64,000 bases of DNA from Sphyrna mokarran (lineage: Eukaryota). The notes under the pieces are model-generated. The model was not told where the DNA came from. It saw only the letters and a list, made by a program, of their open reading frames with translations, and searched no databases. Location: assembly GCA_024679065.1 (NCBI GenBank), contig JAGIQG010000021.1:41850001-41914000 (forward strand), written 5' to 3'. The first letter of the stretch is position 1; the number at the start of each line of letters is the position of its first letter. A program made the translations under genes and the position numbers. Below are positions 24,612-37,398 of the stretch, piece by piece.

Positions 24612-24908
24612 GGTGGCATGGGGGCACAGTGTTTAGTTGCTGCCTCACAGCACGGGACTGAGGTTCGATTCCTGGCGTGGGTCACTGTGTGGAATCTGCA
24701 CACTCTCTTGGTGTCTGTCTGGGTTTCCCTCAGTGCTCCAGTTTTGTCCCACAGTCCGAAAGACATGCTGGTTAAGTGCATTGACCAAGCTAAATTCTCT
24801 CAGTATATCCGAAAAGATGCGGAGTATGGTGACTACGGGATTTTCACAGTAACTTCATTGCAGTGTTAATGTAAGATACTTGTGATTAATAAATAAACTT
24901 TACTTTTT
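24612..24908 (+). mobile_element. HE1-like V-SINE (tail type 2)
   Basis: tRNA head, V-core, cagtaacttcattgcagtgttaatgtaag tail. Confidence 0.85.
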
Positions 24909-25574
24909 AACTGTCACTCAATCTGCTCAGATAATGACACTTCACGAATGTTAAAGACGAGGACAGAGATCAACTCATGCTGAATCACAAGACGAGTGTC
25001 CTTTACATAATGATTGCATGAGGCTGCCTGGTCTATTAAACCTACTCTGCATTTAGTTAGTATCTTTATCTTTTCCATTACTGTCTTCTTAATACACATA
25101 TATGAACAGGACAGGTGATCAAATCCCTTGTCTTCCTTAAATGGATGCACAAGCTTGTCAGTAGATCTCTGCAAACAAACAGACTATCTCCACAGACCTA
25201 ACAACAGCACAGATTAAATCAAAAGTCTGCAAACTGAATGACTACCCATTTAAACAGCACATGTGGGGAGTGGAGGAGTGAGGTCTCATATTCAAATGAG
25301 AATGATTTCCACATACGTATGCTGGACCTGCATGAAATCAATCACCATCAGATCTCTCCTGATACTTCCAGTGCATGCCAGGCACTTTTGTGATGGTGCC
25401 TTTCCCAACGTTTGGGTACTATACAGGCTATGGCAGAAGTGGCTGGCCAAATGGTTTGTGCTTTCTTGGCCCTGGCTCTCGTGGTGTATATTCAAGACAA
25501 CTGTTGTTTGTAGTGAATTGTCATTTCTTATTGTTTCCTAGTTTTATTACTCCAACATCAGCAGCTGACTTACA

Positions 25575-25790
25575 AAATTTTACAAACAAAAACAGGAAAA
25601 AAAGCTGGAAAATTTAATAGATCAGATGATATTAATGGTGAGAGAAACAGTTAGCATTTCAATTCGAAGACCTTTCACCAGAAATGAAGGAAGATAGAAA
25701 CTAAAGTAAAATACTGTGGATTCTGGAAACCTGAAATAAACAGAAAATGCTGGAAACATTCAGCAGGTCTGTCAGTATTGGTCAAGAGCA
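25575..25790 (-). mobile_element. Penelope-like family B terminal fragments (two)
   Basis: aaacagaaaatgctggaaacattcagcaggtctgtcag and ttcgaagacctttcaccagaa. Confidence 0.6.
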
Positions 25791-25799
25791 ACAGTCAAC

Positions 25800-27212
25800 A
25801 GGCGAAATCTTATCAAAAAAGTGGCAAGGTCTGATTGAAAACCAGCACCTTTTCCTCCAGGGAAACGGGCAGGTTTTTTTCACCGCATCTTATGGCACTT
25901 TGTTAAAAAAAAAAGGGGGGGTGGAGTGTTTCATGCTGCCATTTTGTGGGGCGGAGCCTAAGCACATTGGCAAAGCCAGCTACACTGAGATTGTTACACC
26001 CTTTAAAAAGAACTCCCCAGTCAAAGTAAGAGATAACCTCCGCCAACCTCACTACTGAGGTCTCACGGTCTCCTTCTCCTCCTTCCACAACGCTGGCATC
26101 ACTCTCTGTTCTTCCCCAATAGTCATCACTGGCATCTCCCTCTCTGCACCCCCCCCCCCCACCCCCACCACGACCACTACCAATGAGGCTCCCACTAGAG
26201 TCTGCCTCGGGCTGCCCCCAGCACAGATTGGCAGTACCAAGATGGCAGAGTGACAACCAATGCCAGGGTGTAGTGCCAGGGGCAGATCTGGCCAGGTCCC
26301 TCTCACCCAGAGGGGATATACTTACCTTTACACCCACAGGGTATTTCTCACAACAGGTTCACATCTGGGTGAGCTGGTTGAAGAAAAGCAAATTACTGCG
26401 CATGCTGGAATCTGAAACTAAAAGAGAAAATGCTAGGAAAATCTCAGAAAGACTGACAGGAGAGAAAAGAGCTGATGTTTTGAGTCCAGATGGTCCTTTG
26501 TCAAAGTTAAAAGACATAAAAAGTGGGAAATATTTATATCACAGGATGAGGGAATGAAAGATGAGTCATAGCCACAAAAATCAGAGAAAAGGCTGCTAAT
26601 GGCAGCCATAGAGAGAATAGAAAGTGTAAATGGCCAAACAGCAGAGAAGCTGAAATCAGAAGGTAAGCTCTGGGAGATGAAGGTGTGGGTGGAAAGGGAG
26701 ATGGGTGGGAGAGGGGTAAAATTAAGAAAATGAGGAAAAGGGAAGCAATGGGGGAGAAAAGATAAGGAAAGGGGGGGGATAAAATAAAGAGAAAGAGTGA
26801 GGGAAGTGAAAAGAAAAATAAAGGCAACCTACAGCATAAGTATCTCCTACTTTTAACTTTGACAAATGATCATCTGGACTCGAAATGTCAGCTCTTTACT
26901 CTCCTTACAGATGCTGCCAGACCTGCTGAGATTTTCCAGCATTTTCTCTTTTGAACCTGTTATAAACCATCGTATTGGCAGCTAGAGAGGGAAGTTATGG
27001 TGGGGAGGCCTGTTAATTACATTAATGTTACTGAAATACGTTTAAATAAGGTTCTCACCCTTTCTGGGTGTGAACCTCGCTATGCCAGTAGCAAGGAACG
27101 TTGAAAATCACGGGACATGACCTCTTTGGAGAGAATCCCGCTTCTCAATTCCAGATTTCCAGCCCGCATCACTGTTCTCTGTGACAGCAAATGTGGGCTG
27201 AAATCATCCCCG
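25800..27212. mobile_element. Non-autonomous DNA-transposon-like element interrupted by a family B Penelope fold-back (26382-26955)
   Basis: GC-rich body on both sides; insert has inverted arms gagtccagatggtcctttgtcaaag / ctttgacaaatgatcatctggactc. Confidence 0.65.
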
Positions 27213-27234
27213 TGTTTTGAGTTGGTGTGATTCT

Positions 27235-29330
27235 TCTTACTTTATAGATAGAAATATAAGAGGTTTTAAGCCAAAGGAATGGGATACGGGGTGGGGTGAC
27301 AGGTAGAAAGATGAAAGAAGAAGGTCTATGATAGGATATAGGAGTGAGGGAGGGTAGAGGTGATTAAAAATACACAAACATCTGTGATTCAACAGCCAAA
27401 GAGAATGGGAATGGATATAGTGAGGAAACAAAGACCACCTTCAAATGAGGCATGAGTGGCTACATGAGAACTATCTGAAAATCATGATGTGGAGAAGCCA
27501 GCATTGGACCGGGATAAACACAGTAAGTAGTAAACCCACAAATTTCTGACCAGAACATTCCACTCATCTGACGAAGGAACAGCGTTCCAAAAGCTTGTGG
27601 GTTTGCTATCAAATAAACTTGTTGGACTTTAACCTGGTGTTGGGAGACTTCTTACTGTGTTTACGATTTTAAAGTAGCATGAAGAGTAAAGAAAGAAATC
27701 AGGTTTGATCCAACCCAGCAAAACAAATCACAAGACTTACTGAACAAGGAGAAGGCAGAATTTATGATTTAAAATTGTTGAACTCAGTATTGAGAACAGA
27801 AATCTGTACAATGCCTATCTGAAGGGTGAAGTGCTGTTGCTGAGCTTGCATTGGGTTTCACTGGAACACTGCAGCAGGCCATGAACAGAAAGGTCAGCAC
27901 AGAAGCAAGGTGGAGAATTTTATTGAAGGAAGCTCAGGATAATGCTTGCAGATTGAATAGATGTGTTCTGCAAAGTGATTACCCAGTCCGCATTTGGTCT
28001 CCCCAGTGCAAAGAAGGCCACATCTTGAGCAGTGAATATTGTGTAGCAAGCTGAAAGAATCACAGGAGAATTTGGGGTCTTGGGCAGGAACTATTAACTC
28101 CTGTGATTGTACAGAGAGGTGCCTCATGGAAGGATCGGAATATTAGGGGTGACTGATGAGTGGACTGGGTTTTCACAGAGGCAATGGCCTCTATGAAATG
28201 CTAAAAGGGAGGACAGGGGAAGACAGGTTTGGGGGTCACATCAAGTTGGAGCAGAAAGAAATGGTTGAAGATGATCATTTAATATGGAGGCTGGTGGCAT
28301 GGAAGGTGAAGACAAGTGGAACCCAATCATAGTCCTGGAAGGAGGGAAAGAGATGATCGCAGAGTTGCATAATATGGATTGGACTCAGAGACTATCTGAC
28401 AACCATGTTGGGTGGAAAGCCTTGGTTGTTGAAAAAGGAAGACATGTGACCTGTCAAAAGTGCTGCTGTAGGAGATTGCATCAATGGAGCATATGCGATA
28501 GAGATGAAGGAGCTGCGAAAATGTAATAGGGTCTTTCCATGAAGCAGGGTGTGAGAAAATGTACCTAGGGAACTGTGGGAGTCTGTGAGTATGTGGTGAA
28601 TATTTGAACACAGCCTATCTCCAGAAATGGAGATGGAGAAATCAAAAAAAGGAAGAGTAAAAGATGAGTCAGGTGAAGATATAAGGATGGAAATTGGAAA
28701 GAGTGGTAGTTGGCACCAATTATCAACGTATTGGAAAAAGAGATGAAGGAATGAGTCTGAGTAGAAATGGAATAATAATTGTCCTACATATTCCACAAAC
28801 AGGCAGGGAACCATGTGATTATCCAAAGAAACACCTTTTATTTGGAGGAAGTAAGTAGTTGAAGGAAAGGTTGTTCAGAATGAGAACAAGTGCAGCCAGC
28901 AGGAGGAGGGTGGTGGTGGATGGGGAATTGTTGGACATTTCTTCAAGGAAGAAGCAGAAAGCTCCTAGATCATCTTGTTGGGGAATGGAGGTAAAGAAGG
29001 ATTGTGCTTCTATCATGGGCAAGTTAGCACCAGGAAACTGGAAACTGTTGCATTGACATAGGCTATTAGAAGAGCTATGGGTGTAGATTGGAAGAGACTA
29101 CTACACAAGGGTAGAAACAAATTGAGTAGAGATAAGAAGAAATAGGTTCAGTGGAACACGAACAGGCTCAAATGAGTCAAATGCAGCAGTCTTGCTGATG
29201 GATCTTGGGAAGGATGTAGAAGTGGGCTGTTCAAGGTTAGGGAACTAAGAGGTGGGAGGCAATGGAGGAAAGATCTGCAGAAGCTTTGAGGTTAGTGACA
29301 TTCCTGGACATAATGCCTTGATATTCAGTC
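27235..29330 (-). mobile_element. Decayed Penelope-like retroelement (RT + GIY-YIG endonuclease)
   Basis: SFFTSIPQQD..ALVLILNNLSFN, CLFVEYV..LFFQYVDN (RT), KDPITFSQLLHLYRICS, and NIHCSRCGLLCTGETK..FAEH (GIY-YIG with CxxC); multiple frameshifts. Confidence 0.88.
27485..27665. mobile_element. Penelope-like family A short fold-back inserted in the older Penelope 3' region
   Basis: gatgtggagaagccagcattggac...ctgacgaaggaacagcgttcc...cttcttactgtgtttac. Confidence 0.8.
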
Positions 29331-29479
29331 AGGGTGGGGGGGGGGGGGGGGGGGATATGTTCTGGTGGAGTGAAGGGGGAGTGTCAAAGTGTTGGCATTC
29401 AACCTTTGCGAGGTAGACTTCAGTATGCCAGACAATAGCAATGGCCCCCTTGTTCCAAAACCTTTTGTCAGCCAAAGAC

Positions 29480-29785
29480 AGGGGTGGCACAGTGGTTAGC
29501 ATGGCTGCCTCACAGCACCAGGCACCTGGATTCAATTCTAGCCTCAGGTTACTGTTTGCATTTTCTTCCCGTGTCTACATTGGGTTTCCTCTGTATGCTT
29601 TGATTTCCTCCCACAGTCCAAAGATGTGCGGGTTAGTTGATTGGCTATGCTGAATTGCTCCTTATTGGCAGAGGGATTAGTAGGGTAAATAAATGAGGTT
29701 GTGGGGATAGTGCCTAGGTAGGACTGTAGTCAGTGCAAACTTGATGGGACAAATGGCCTCCTTCTTCACTGTAGGGATTCTAATT
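29480..29785 (+). mobile_element. HE1-like V-SINE
   Basis: ggtggcacagtggttagc head, CR1-type tail. Confidence 0.85.
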
Positions 29786-29859
29786 GCATTCAGCAATCAT
29801 TTTTATTGATGATTCTTAAGATCTACTGATTAAGGGTAACTCTACATTAAAGGTTTGTG

Positions 29860-30205
29860 AAGCAAATCCCCCTCTAGAGACTTTAGCTCAAAATTTCCAA
29901 TGTATTATTGAGGGAGTGTGGCCTTGTTGAAAGTGCTATCTTTTGAAGGGGACATTAAACTGACATCAACTGTTCTCTCAGATGGACATAAGAAAGCCTA
30001 TGATACAATTGTCCTTTGTCCGTGGGAGGAAACCGGAGAACCTGGAGGAAACCCACACTGACATGGCATTGCTGTTTGTGGGACATGTCTGTGCATAAAT
30101 TGGCTGCTGCATTTTATATATTACAATAGTGACTACACTTCAAAAGTACTTCATTAGTTCTAAAATGCTTTGTATTGACTTGAGAGCATGAAACATGGCC
30201 TACAA
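29860..30205 (+). mobile_element. DeuSINE remnant
   Basis: ttgagggagtg..cattaaactg..ctctcagatggacataag; 3' attggctgctgc..acaatagtgactacacttcaaaag. Confidence 0.65.
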
Positions 30206-31089
30206 AGATATATTTTTCATTTTTCAATATTTTATTCATTCATAAAGTAAAAATGGAGTTCTGAATTATAAGTAATGTCAACACTGAGGGTGTGACAAGT
30301 TGCTGTTACCTAATCATTGTTGCTTGTGCCATCTTTATTTCTTGCTTTTCACATTGAGTTTGGAAGCATGTCAGTGCTTTACTTTGGTTGCTGAATTAAA
30401 TGTAGTTTGGCGGGAAACAGTATGTCACTGCATGATAAATTTCCAGCCGCAATTATGTCACTTCAAGCAGAAGGCAAGCAAGCATTTCCCACAATCACAC
30501 AGAGAGAGAAAAATCACAATTCTAGCCACCCAAGCCTTTCTCAAGTGTTTCCTAATAGATAAATCAACAGTAAATGGCTACAACAAGGTCATCTGTCCTG
30601 ACAGTTTTGAATGGCAGCTATTTGAAGCACGAGGAAGAGGAAATACAAAAACACTGAGGGATAACAAAAGAGGGAGAAAACAGTAAATTACACTGGGGCA
30701 ATAGTGTGATAAATAATGTTCTCTTTGCTGTGAATAACAATGCATAGCACAGCTTACATTTTATCACAGTCAAATTCAGATGGCTTAATAAACAAAATTT
30801 TGCTTGAGATCACGATTTTGAGAATTATCCTGAGGAAAGTTGTCGCTCCTGTGTAATTCTATGTGCTGAGATCTAAGAAACAAATTCATTATATTTTAGT
30901 CTCTTGCCACTGATCTATTTTTGCCCACTTCCTGCTCAATCTTCTATATAATAATATGGGTTTTTGATAGTTATTCCGTGTCAAAGTTTGACATTGATTT
31001 TCTCTTATTCATGCACAGGAATATTATGGGTCTATCCTGTTGATTCAGGTATATCGGCACATTTCCTGTGTTCAGCTACTTCTGTCTAT

Positions 31090-32720
31090 GCATTGTTTTG
31101 AATCATGGATTGATATAATCACAGAATAAGGCCCTTTGGCCCATCATAGTGGTGCTAGTTCTTTGGTGGAGTTACTCAATTAATCACACTGCCTCACTCT
31201 TGCCCCATAACTTTTTTTATATTTCATCCATGGGTCATGGGTGTCGCTGGCTGGCCACATTTATTGTGCATCCCGAGTTGTCTGAGGGCAATTGAGAGTC
31301 AGCCATATTTCTGTGGTCTGAAGTCACATGCATATTTCCTCCCTAAAGGACATCAGTGAACCCAATGTGTTTTTCCGACAATCAAATATGATTTCACGGT
31401 CATCAGTAGATTCTTATAATTCCAGACTTTTTTTCATTGAATTCAAATTCTATGATCTGCCGTGGTGGGATTCTCAGAACATTAGCTGAGTCTCTGGATT
31501 AATAGTTTAACGATAATACCTCTAGGCCATTGCCTCCCTTCTTGCCTTGAATTTATCCAATTCTCTTTGTATTTTGCTGTTGAGTCTGTTCTCAACATCC
31601 TTGCAAACAGTGCATTCTGAATTACAATTACTTGTGTAAAAATAATGCTATCTTATTTCACCACTGGTTCTTTTGTGAATCACCTGAATTCTGTTTTGAC
31701 CGATTAATGAAACTTCTGCCACCAGTAATAGTTTTTTCTTGCTTGTTCTTTCAAAGCTTTTTTTAATTCATTCATAGGACAAGGGTGTCGCTGGCTGGTC
31801 AGTATTTATTGCCCATCCCTTGTTACCCTTGGAGGGCACTTGAGAGTCAACCACATTGCTGTGACACATTGTGGAGTCCACATTAGGCCAGACCAGGTAA
31901 AGATGGCAGATTTCCTTCCCTAAAAGAGATTAGTGAACCAGATGGGTTTTTTCGACAATAATGGTTTCATAGTTATCAGTAGATTCTTAATTTCACAATT
32001 TTTTATTGAACTAAAATTCTATATAAAGCTGTAGCGGAATTTAAACCTTAGAATATTAGTTGAGTTTCTAGATTATAGTCTAGCAATAATACATCTAAGG
32101 CCATCACCCTCCACCTCCTCCCCCAGAGTCATTGCTGAGTTTTGAGAGTCTTCTTAGCCTTCTCTACTCTAAAGAGAACATTTCCACTTCTCTAATCTTT
32201 CCACAGAACTGAAACCGTGGTAGTATCTGAATAAACCTCTTCTGCCATTCTCTAAGGTCCTGGCTATCTTCTCTAAATATGGTGCCTAGAATTGAACATC
32301 ATTCTCCCTCCAGGTAAAGTTAAATCTATGTTTTATGATAGTATAGTATCACTTCCTTGCCTTTATACTCTACAAATAAAGCTCATGATTACATGTGCTT
32401 TTTAACAGCCTTTTCAACTTGCTGCCTTCAAAAATTTCTGTAAATACACCCCAAATCTGTTTCTGCATCTCCACTAAAATGATAGCATTTAGATGTCACT
32501 GAGATTGTCTTTCTCATACTTCTTACTAAAGTGCAACAAGTGACAATTATTTCCAGTAAACTTCATCTACCAGCTCTGCCCATTTTACCAATCCATATCC
32601 TCTTGAAATCTGTTAATATTCTCTTCATTGTTTACTATATTTCCAAGTTTATCTTTGATACAAAAAATTATGCCTTTTATATCTAAGTGTAGGTCATCAA
32701 GTGACATCAACAAGAGTAAT
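31090..32720 (-). mobile_element. CR1 3' fragment interrupted by two family-2 SINEs (31215-31535 and 31760-32110, both minus)
   Basis: CR1 tail at 31090-31210; minus ORF INRFQEDMDW; SINE signature atttccttccctaaa..attagtgaaccagatggg. Confidence 0.75.
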
Positions 32721-32739
32721 GCTCCTAATAAGGGTGAAC

Positions 32740-33055
32740 AGTGGCATGGTGGCACAGTGGCTAACACGGCTGCCTCACAGCACAGGAGTGGGTTCAGTTC
32801 GACCTCGGATCACTGTCTTTGTGGAGTTTGCATGTTTTCCCCATGTCTTTGTGGGTTTCCTCCGGGTGCTATGGTTTCCTCCCAAGCTCCAAAGGTGTGC
32901 GGATTAGATTAATTGGCCATGCTAAATTGCTTCTTAGTGTCAGGGGGATTAGCAGGATAAATTAGTTGAGTGATGGAAATGCGACCTGGATGGGATTGTG
33001 GTTGGTGCAGCTTAATGGGATGAATGGCCTCCTTCTGTACTGCAGAGATTCTATA
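32740..33055 (+). mobile_element. HE1-like V-SINE
   Basis: Head, V-core, CR1-type tail. Confidence 0.88.
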
Positions 33056-33463
33056 TCAAATCCTACAGAACATCGCTGTACACTTCCCTCTCGAATGACC
33101 ATTCACTATTACTCTTTACTTTTGGTCCTCAATCCACCTTTGTCTTTGTGATGCCACTATATCTTAATTCCACCGGGCTAAATTCTACTAACAAATCTAT
33201 TTTGCGGGACTTTATCAAACACATTGGAAAGACCATATATGCATGACACTTTGATAAAGAATTTCACCATGTTAGTCAAAAATGATTCATCCTAAAGATT
33301 GGATATTATGCAGTATGTAATTGCAACTCACAAGAGAAAAAGAAAACTTTGTTCCTGGTACTGAACACAGTTAATGCTTTATTAAATTTGGAATTATTTA
33401 TCTTGAATTTCTGTTTGAATCGGTAAACCATAGTGTAAAATCCAGGACTCAGGCAGGACACTT

Positions 33464-33790
33464 GGGCAGCATGGTGGAACAGTGGTCAGTACTGCTGACT
33501 CACAGCGCCAGAAACATGGGTTCAATTCCCAGCTTGGGTCATTGTCTGTGCGGAGTCTGCACGTTCTCCCTGTGTCTGCGGGAGTTTCCTCCAGATGCTC
33601 CAGTTTCCTCCCACAAGTCCGAATGGCATGCTGGTTAGGCGTATTGGCCATGCTAAATTCTCCCTCAGTGCATCTGAATAGGTGTCATAGTGTGGCGAGT
33701 CAGGGATTTTCATGGTAACTTCATTGCAGTGTTAGTGTAAACTTACTTGTGACACTAATAAACTTAAAAAAGTTAAACTTTAAAACTTTA
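33464..33790 (+). mobile_element. HE1-like V-SINE (tail type 2)
   Basis: Head, V-core, gtaacttcattgcagtg tail. Confidence 0.88.
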
Positions 33791-34674
33791 AAATAAACTT
33801 CATAAAAACCACCACTGTTTCCAAAGATGATTAAAAGATTGTGAACAGAGTGTCTGAATATTTCAGTTCTAGCTTCATTGGTAACTAAAGACATGTCCCA
33901 TCCAGACCAAATCACTTTCCCAAAAATAAAAGCTTTGACAAAGGGTCATCTGGACTCAAACATCAGCTCTCTTCTCTCCTTACAGATACTGCCAGGCTAT
34001 TTTCTCTTTTGGAAATGACTTTTCTACTTTGAGGACAACCAACTTTCTAAATACATCGCATTCTTCTATTTTTACTCCATCCAATATCACCTCTGTCAAT
34101 TTCACTTTGTGCTCTGAGACACACAGCAGAGAAGTGCAGCTGGGAGCAGCTGAAGCAATAAGAGATTGTTCATTAAACTGACTTTAGTCATTGCTGATTG
34201 CTCAGAATCACCACAATATTTGAGCTTGGCAGCCCTGTATGCTACAGTGGCTTCTGAAGTCCTGATACATTGTTATACTGCTGAAGCATTCAAAGATCCT
34301 CAAATAGTTAATATATACGAGTGGGGTAAAACTCAACTTCCACATATAGATATCCAGGGTCAGAATTTCAAATGCTTATGAGGGTCTAGATCTGATCACA
34401 ATCCTGACACCTCTGGGTGGTTTCAATTTTCAAAGGGACGGCAAGGGTGGAAAATGGGTGTGGAAGGAGGGAGTGCATAAGGATTCCTGCTCTTCACCTA
34501 TTACCAGGCTGTTAAGCTTCTCAAGAAGCTTGTTAAGGAGTATATACGATCAAACATCGTATGATCGTTAAGTTAAGTTTCAGTCTTTATTTTGCTAAGG
34601 AGGATGTTTGTGCCAGCTATGAGTTTCATTGCAAGAATATTTGAAATTTATTTTTTATACCCAGGTTCCATGCT

Positions 34675-35340
34675 TTGATTTGATTTGATATATTATTGTC
34701 ACATGTATTAGTTTGAGTAAAGAGTATTGTTTCTTGCATGCTGTGCAGACAAAGCATACCGTTCATAGAGGAGGAAAGGAGAGGAGGCAGAATGTATTGT
34801 TACAGTCATAGCTTGGCTGCAGAGAAAGATCAATTTAGTGTGAGATAAGTCCATTCAAAAGTCTGATGGCAGAAGAGAAGAAGTTATTCTTGAGTCAGTT
34901 GGTACATGACCTCAGACTTCTGTATCTTTTTCCAGTTGGAAGAAAGAGGAAGAGAGAATGCCCAGGGTGCGTAGGGTCTTTAATTATGCTGGCTACTTTC
35001 TGAGACAGCGGAAACTGTAGACAGTGTCAATAGATGGGAGGCTAGTTTGTGTGATGGTCTGGGCTTCATCTACCACCCTCTTTGTAGTTTCTTGTGGTCT
35101 CGGGTAGAGCAGGAGCCATACCAAGCTGTGATACAACCAGAAAAAATGCTTTTTATGGTGCGCCTGTAAAAGTTGGTGAGAGTAATAGCGGACATGCCAA
35201 ATTTCCTTAGTCTTCTGAGAAAGTAGAGGCATTGGTGGACTTGCTTAACTATAATGCCAGCATGGAGGGACCAGAACACCTATCTGGATAATCTGGACAC
35301 CTAAGAATTTGAAGTTCTCGACCCTTTCTACTTCCGTGCA
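34675..35340 (-). mobile_element. Rex/Babar-like LINE 3' fragment
   Basis: HQCLYFLRRLRKFGMSAITLTNFYRRTIKSIFSGCITAWYGSCS; (tttga)n tail at 34675-34690. Confidence 0.8.
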
Positions 35341-36139
35341 TTAAATTTGTTGAATGACCACTTTCCTCTGTTCTCCAGCTCCTGGCTTTCTGACAAGCTG
35401 ACTAATGTCATAGTCAAGGTGATGGCAATTCACAAAATGGTTGCTACCTTCCTTAGCCCCTGTCTCCTTTCACCTCTCAGTGCTGAGCTTGCCTCCTGGC
35501 CAGTTACACTATTTGTCTTTTTAAAAACTTGCCAATAGTCCTTTAAGTGTCAGGTTCCCAACCCTACTGTGCAAATCTGGCCTCGAGTCTCAACTCCTTC
35601 AGATGTTATAGTTAATGCACAGACAAAGTAATGTAGTGCATCAACTCACAACCCTGCTGTTCACAAGAGGTTGCTTTACTAAAGGTTTGCTAAGCAACAA
35701 TCGATGGAAAAATACAACTCCCCTCATACTTGCCGTTAGACGCACATTACACTAATGATGGAGCTAAACATGCAGAGAAAACAACCAGAACTTCAGCACA
35801 GCAGAGCATCAGAGGGTTGACTGACGGCATGTACCATCAGCAAGTTTCTTTTAGATGGATATATTAAGGGAGGAGGAGGAGAAGAACCAACAAAGGAGGA
35901 TCAACGAGATCAAAGGTCCTAGTACAATCAGCATTCACTATAATCCTAGACTATTGACTGAGGGGATTATGTCTCAATAAGAAAAATTTTGATTAATTCT
36001 GCTCTCTGGAATCAAACCTGCAACTAAGGTAAAGTAAGAGTGGTAATGGAACTGAACTATTTTGCCATATGATCTTCGTGGCAAGAATCTGCAAATTTGC
36101 AGTTTATCATGGCACATTTTATGCTGGTAGTAAATCTAA

Positions 36140-36368
36140 AAAGTAAAGTTTATTTATTATTGTTATAAGTAGGCTTACAGAAACACTGCAATGTAGTTAC
36201 TGTGAAAATCCCGATGCCTCTTCGGCTACACTGAGGGAGAATTTAGCATGGCCAGTGCATCTAACCAGCACATCTTTTGGGATGTGCGAGGAAACCAGAG
36301 CACCCGAAGGAAACCCATGCAGACATGGGAGAATGTGCAGACTCTGCACAGACAGTGACCCAAGTCAG
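36140..36368 (-). mobile_element. HE1-like V-SINE (tail type 2)
   Basis: Same signature as 7116-7373. Confidence 0.85.
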
Positions 36369-36419
36369 GAAATATTGTGGATCAAGCATCCATCAAAGAA
36401 ATGTCTGATTTTCTATTGA

Positions 36420-37398
36420 CTTCAATGAAAATTTCAGGAATTAAATTGAAATCAAAGAATTTAGGGGGTTGGTAGCAGGCTGGGAGACAGTACTCGGATG
36501 TTGCAATCTCTGAAGTGAATATAGGAATAGAAGGATAGAGCAGATGAATGTATGGCTGAAGAGATGGTGCAAGAGGAAAGGCTTTTATTTTCTGGATCAC
36601 TGGATCTGCTGCTGGGGAAGGTAGGACCAGTATAAGTCAGACTGATTGTACCTAAACCAGTATGGGACCAATATCCTTACTAGTGCTGTTGGTGATAGTT
36701 TAAAGTAACTTGGCAGGAGTATGGGTCACAGTATGGAGGTACAGTGGGAGTTATGACTGTCAAATATGGCAGAAAAACTAAGTCAGTATGGAAGGCAGTA
36801 AAAAGAGAGACAGATTAAGATACAAGACTGTATGGCATTATTTTAGTGCAAGGAGTCTTACAGGTAAGGCTGATGAACTAAGGGCATTGATTAATACATT
36901 GAAGCTTGATATTATTGCTATCACAGAGATATGATTGAGGGAGGGGCAGGATTGGCAACTCAATGTTCTGAGGTTTCAAGTCGTCAGAGAAGATGGGGAA
37001 TACAACAGAAGAGATGTTGTTGTAATATTGATCAAGGAGTCAATTACTGCAGTGAGGAGGAATGGTATCATAGCAGGCATCTCAACTGATGGCAAAAAGG
37101 GGGCAAGCTCATTGCTGGGCATGTACTACAGGCTCCCAAAGAGTCATGGATCAATAGAAGAGCAGATGTGTAGACAAATTCAGAGAAAAGTGTAAAAATA
37201 ACAAAGTAACAATATTAGGGGATTTAATTTGAGTTATTCAAAGTGTGAAAGGCTTAGAGGGGGTAGAATTCTTAAAGTATATTCAGGAGAGTTTTTTGAA
37301 CCAGCATGTAGAAAGACCTACAAGAGATGGGTAATACTTGATATAATTTTAGAGAATGAAGCCAGGCAGATGGTAGAGGTGTTATGGTAGGCATTTCT
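36420..37398 (+). mobile_element. CR1 LINE: end of ORF1 and ORF2 endonuclease
   Basis: FSARSLTGKADELRALI..DIIAITE..REGQDWQLN, GMYYRLP, LGD motifs. Confidence 0.82.

Noticed and set aside
29480-29550. tRNA genes at SINE heads
   Set aside because: A/B-box-like motifs continue into V-SINE bodies and do not form complete cloverleaves.
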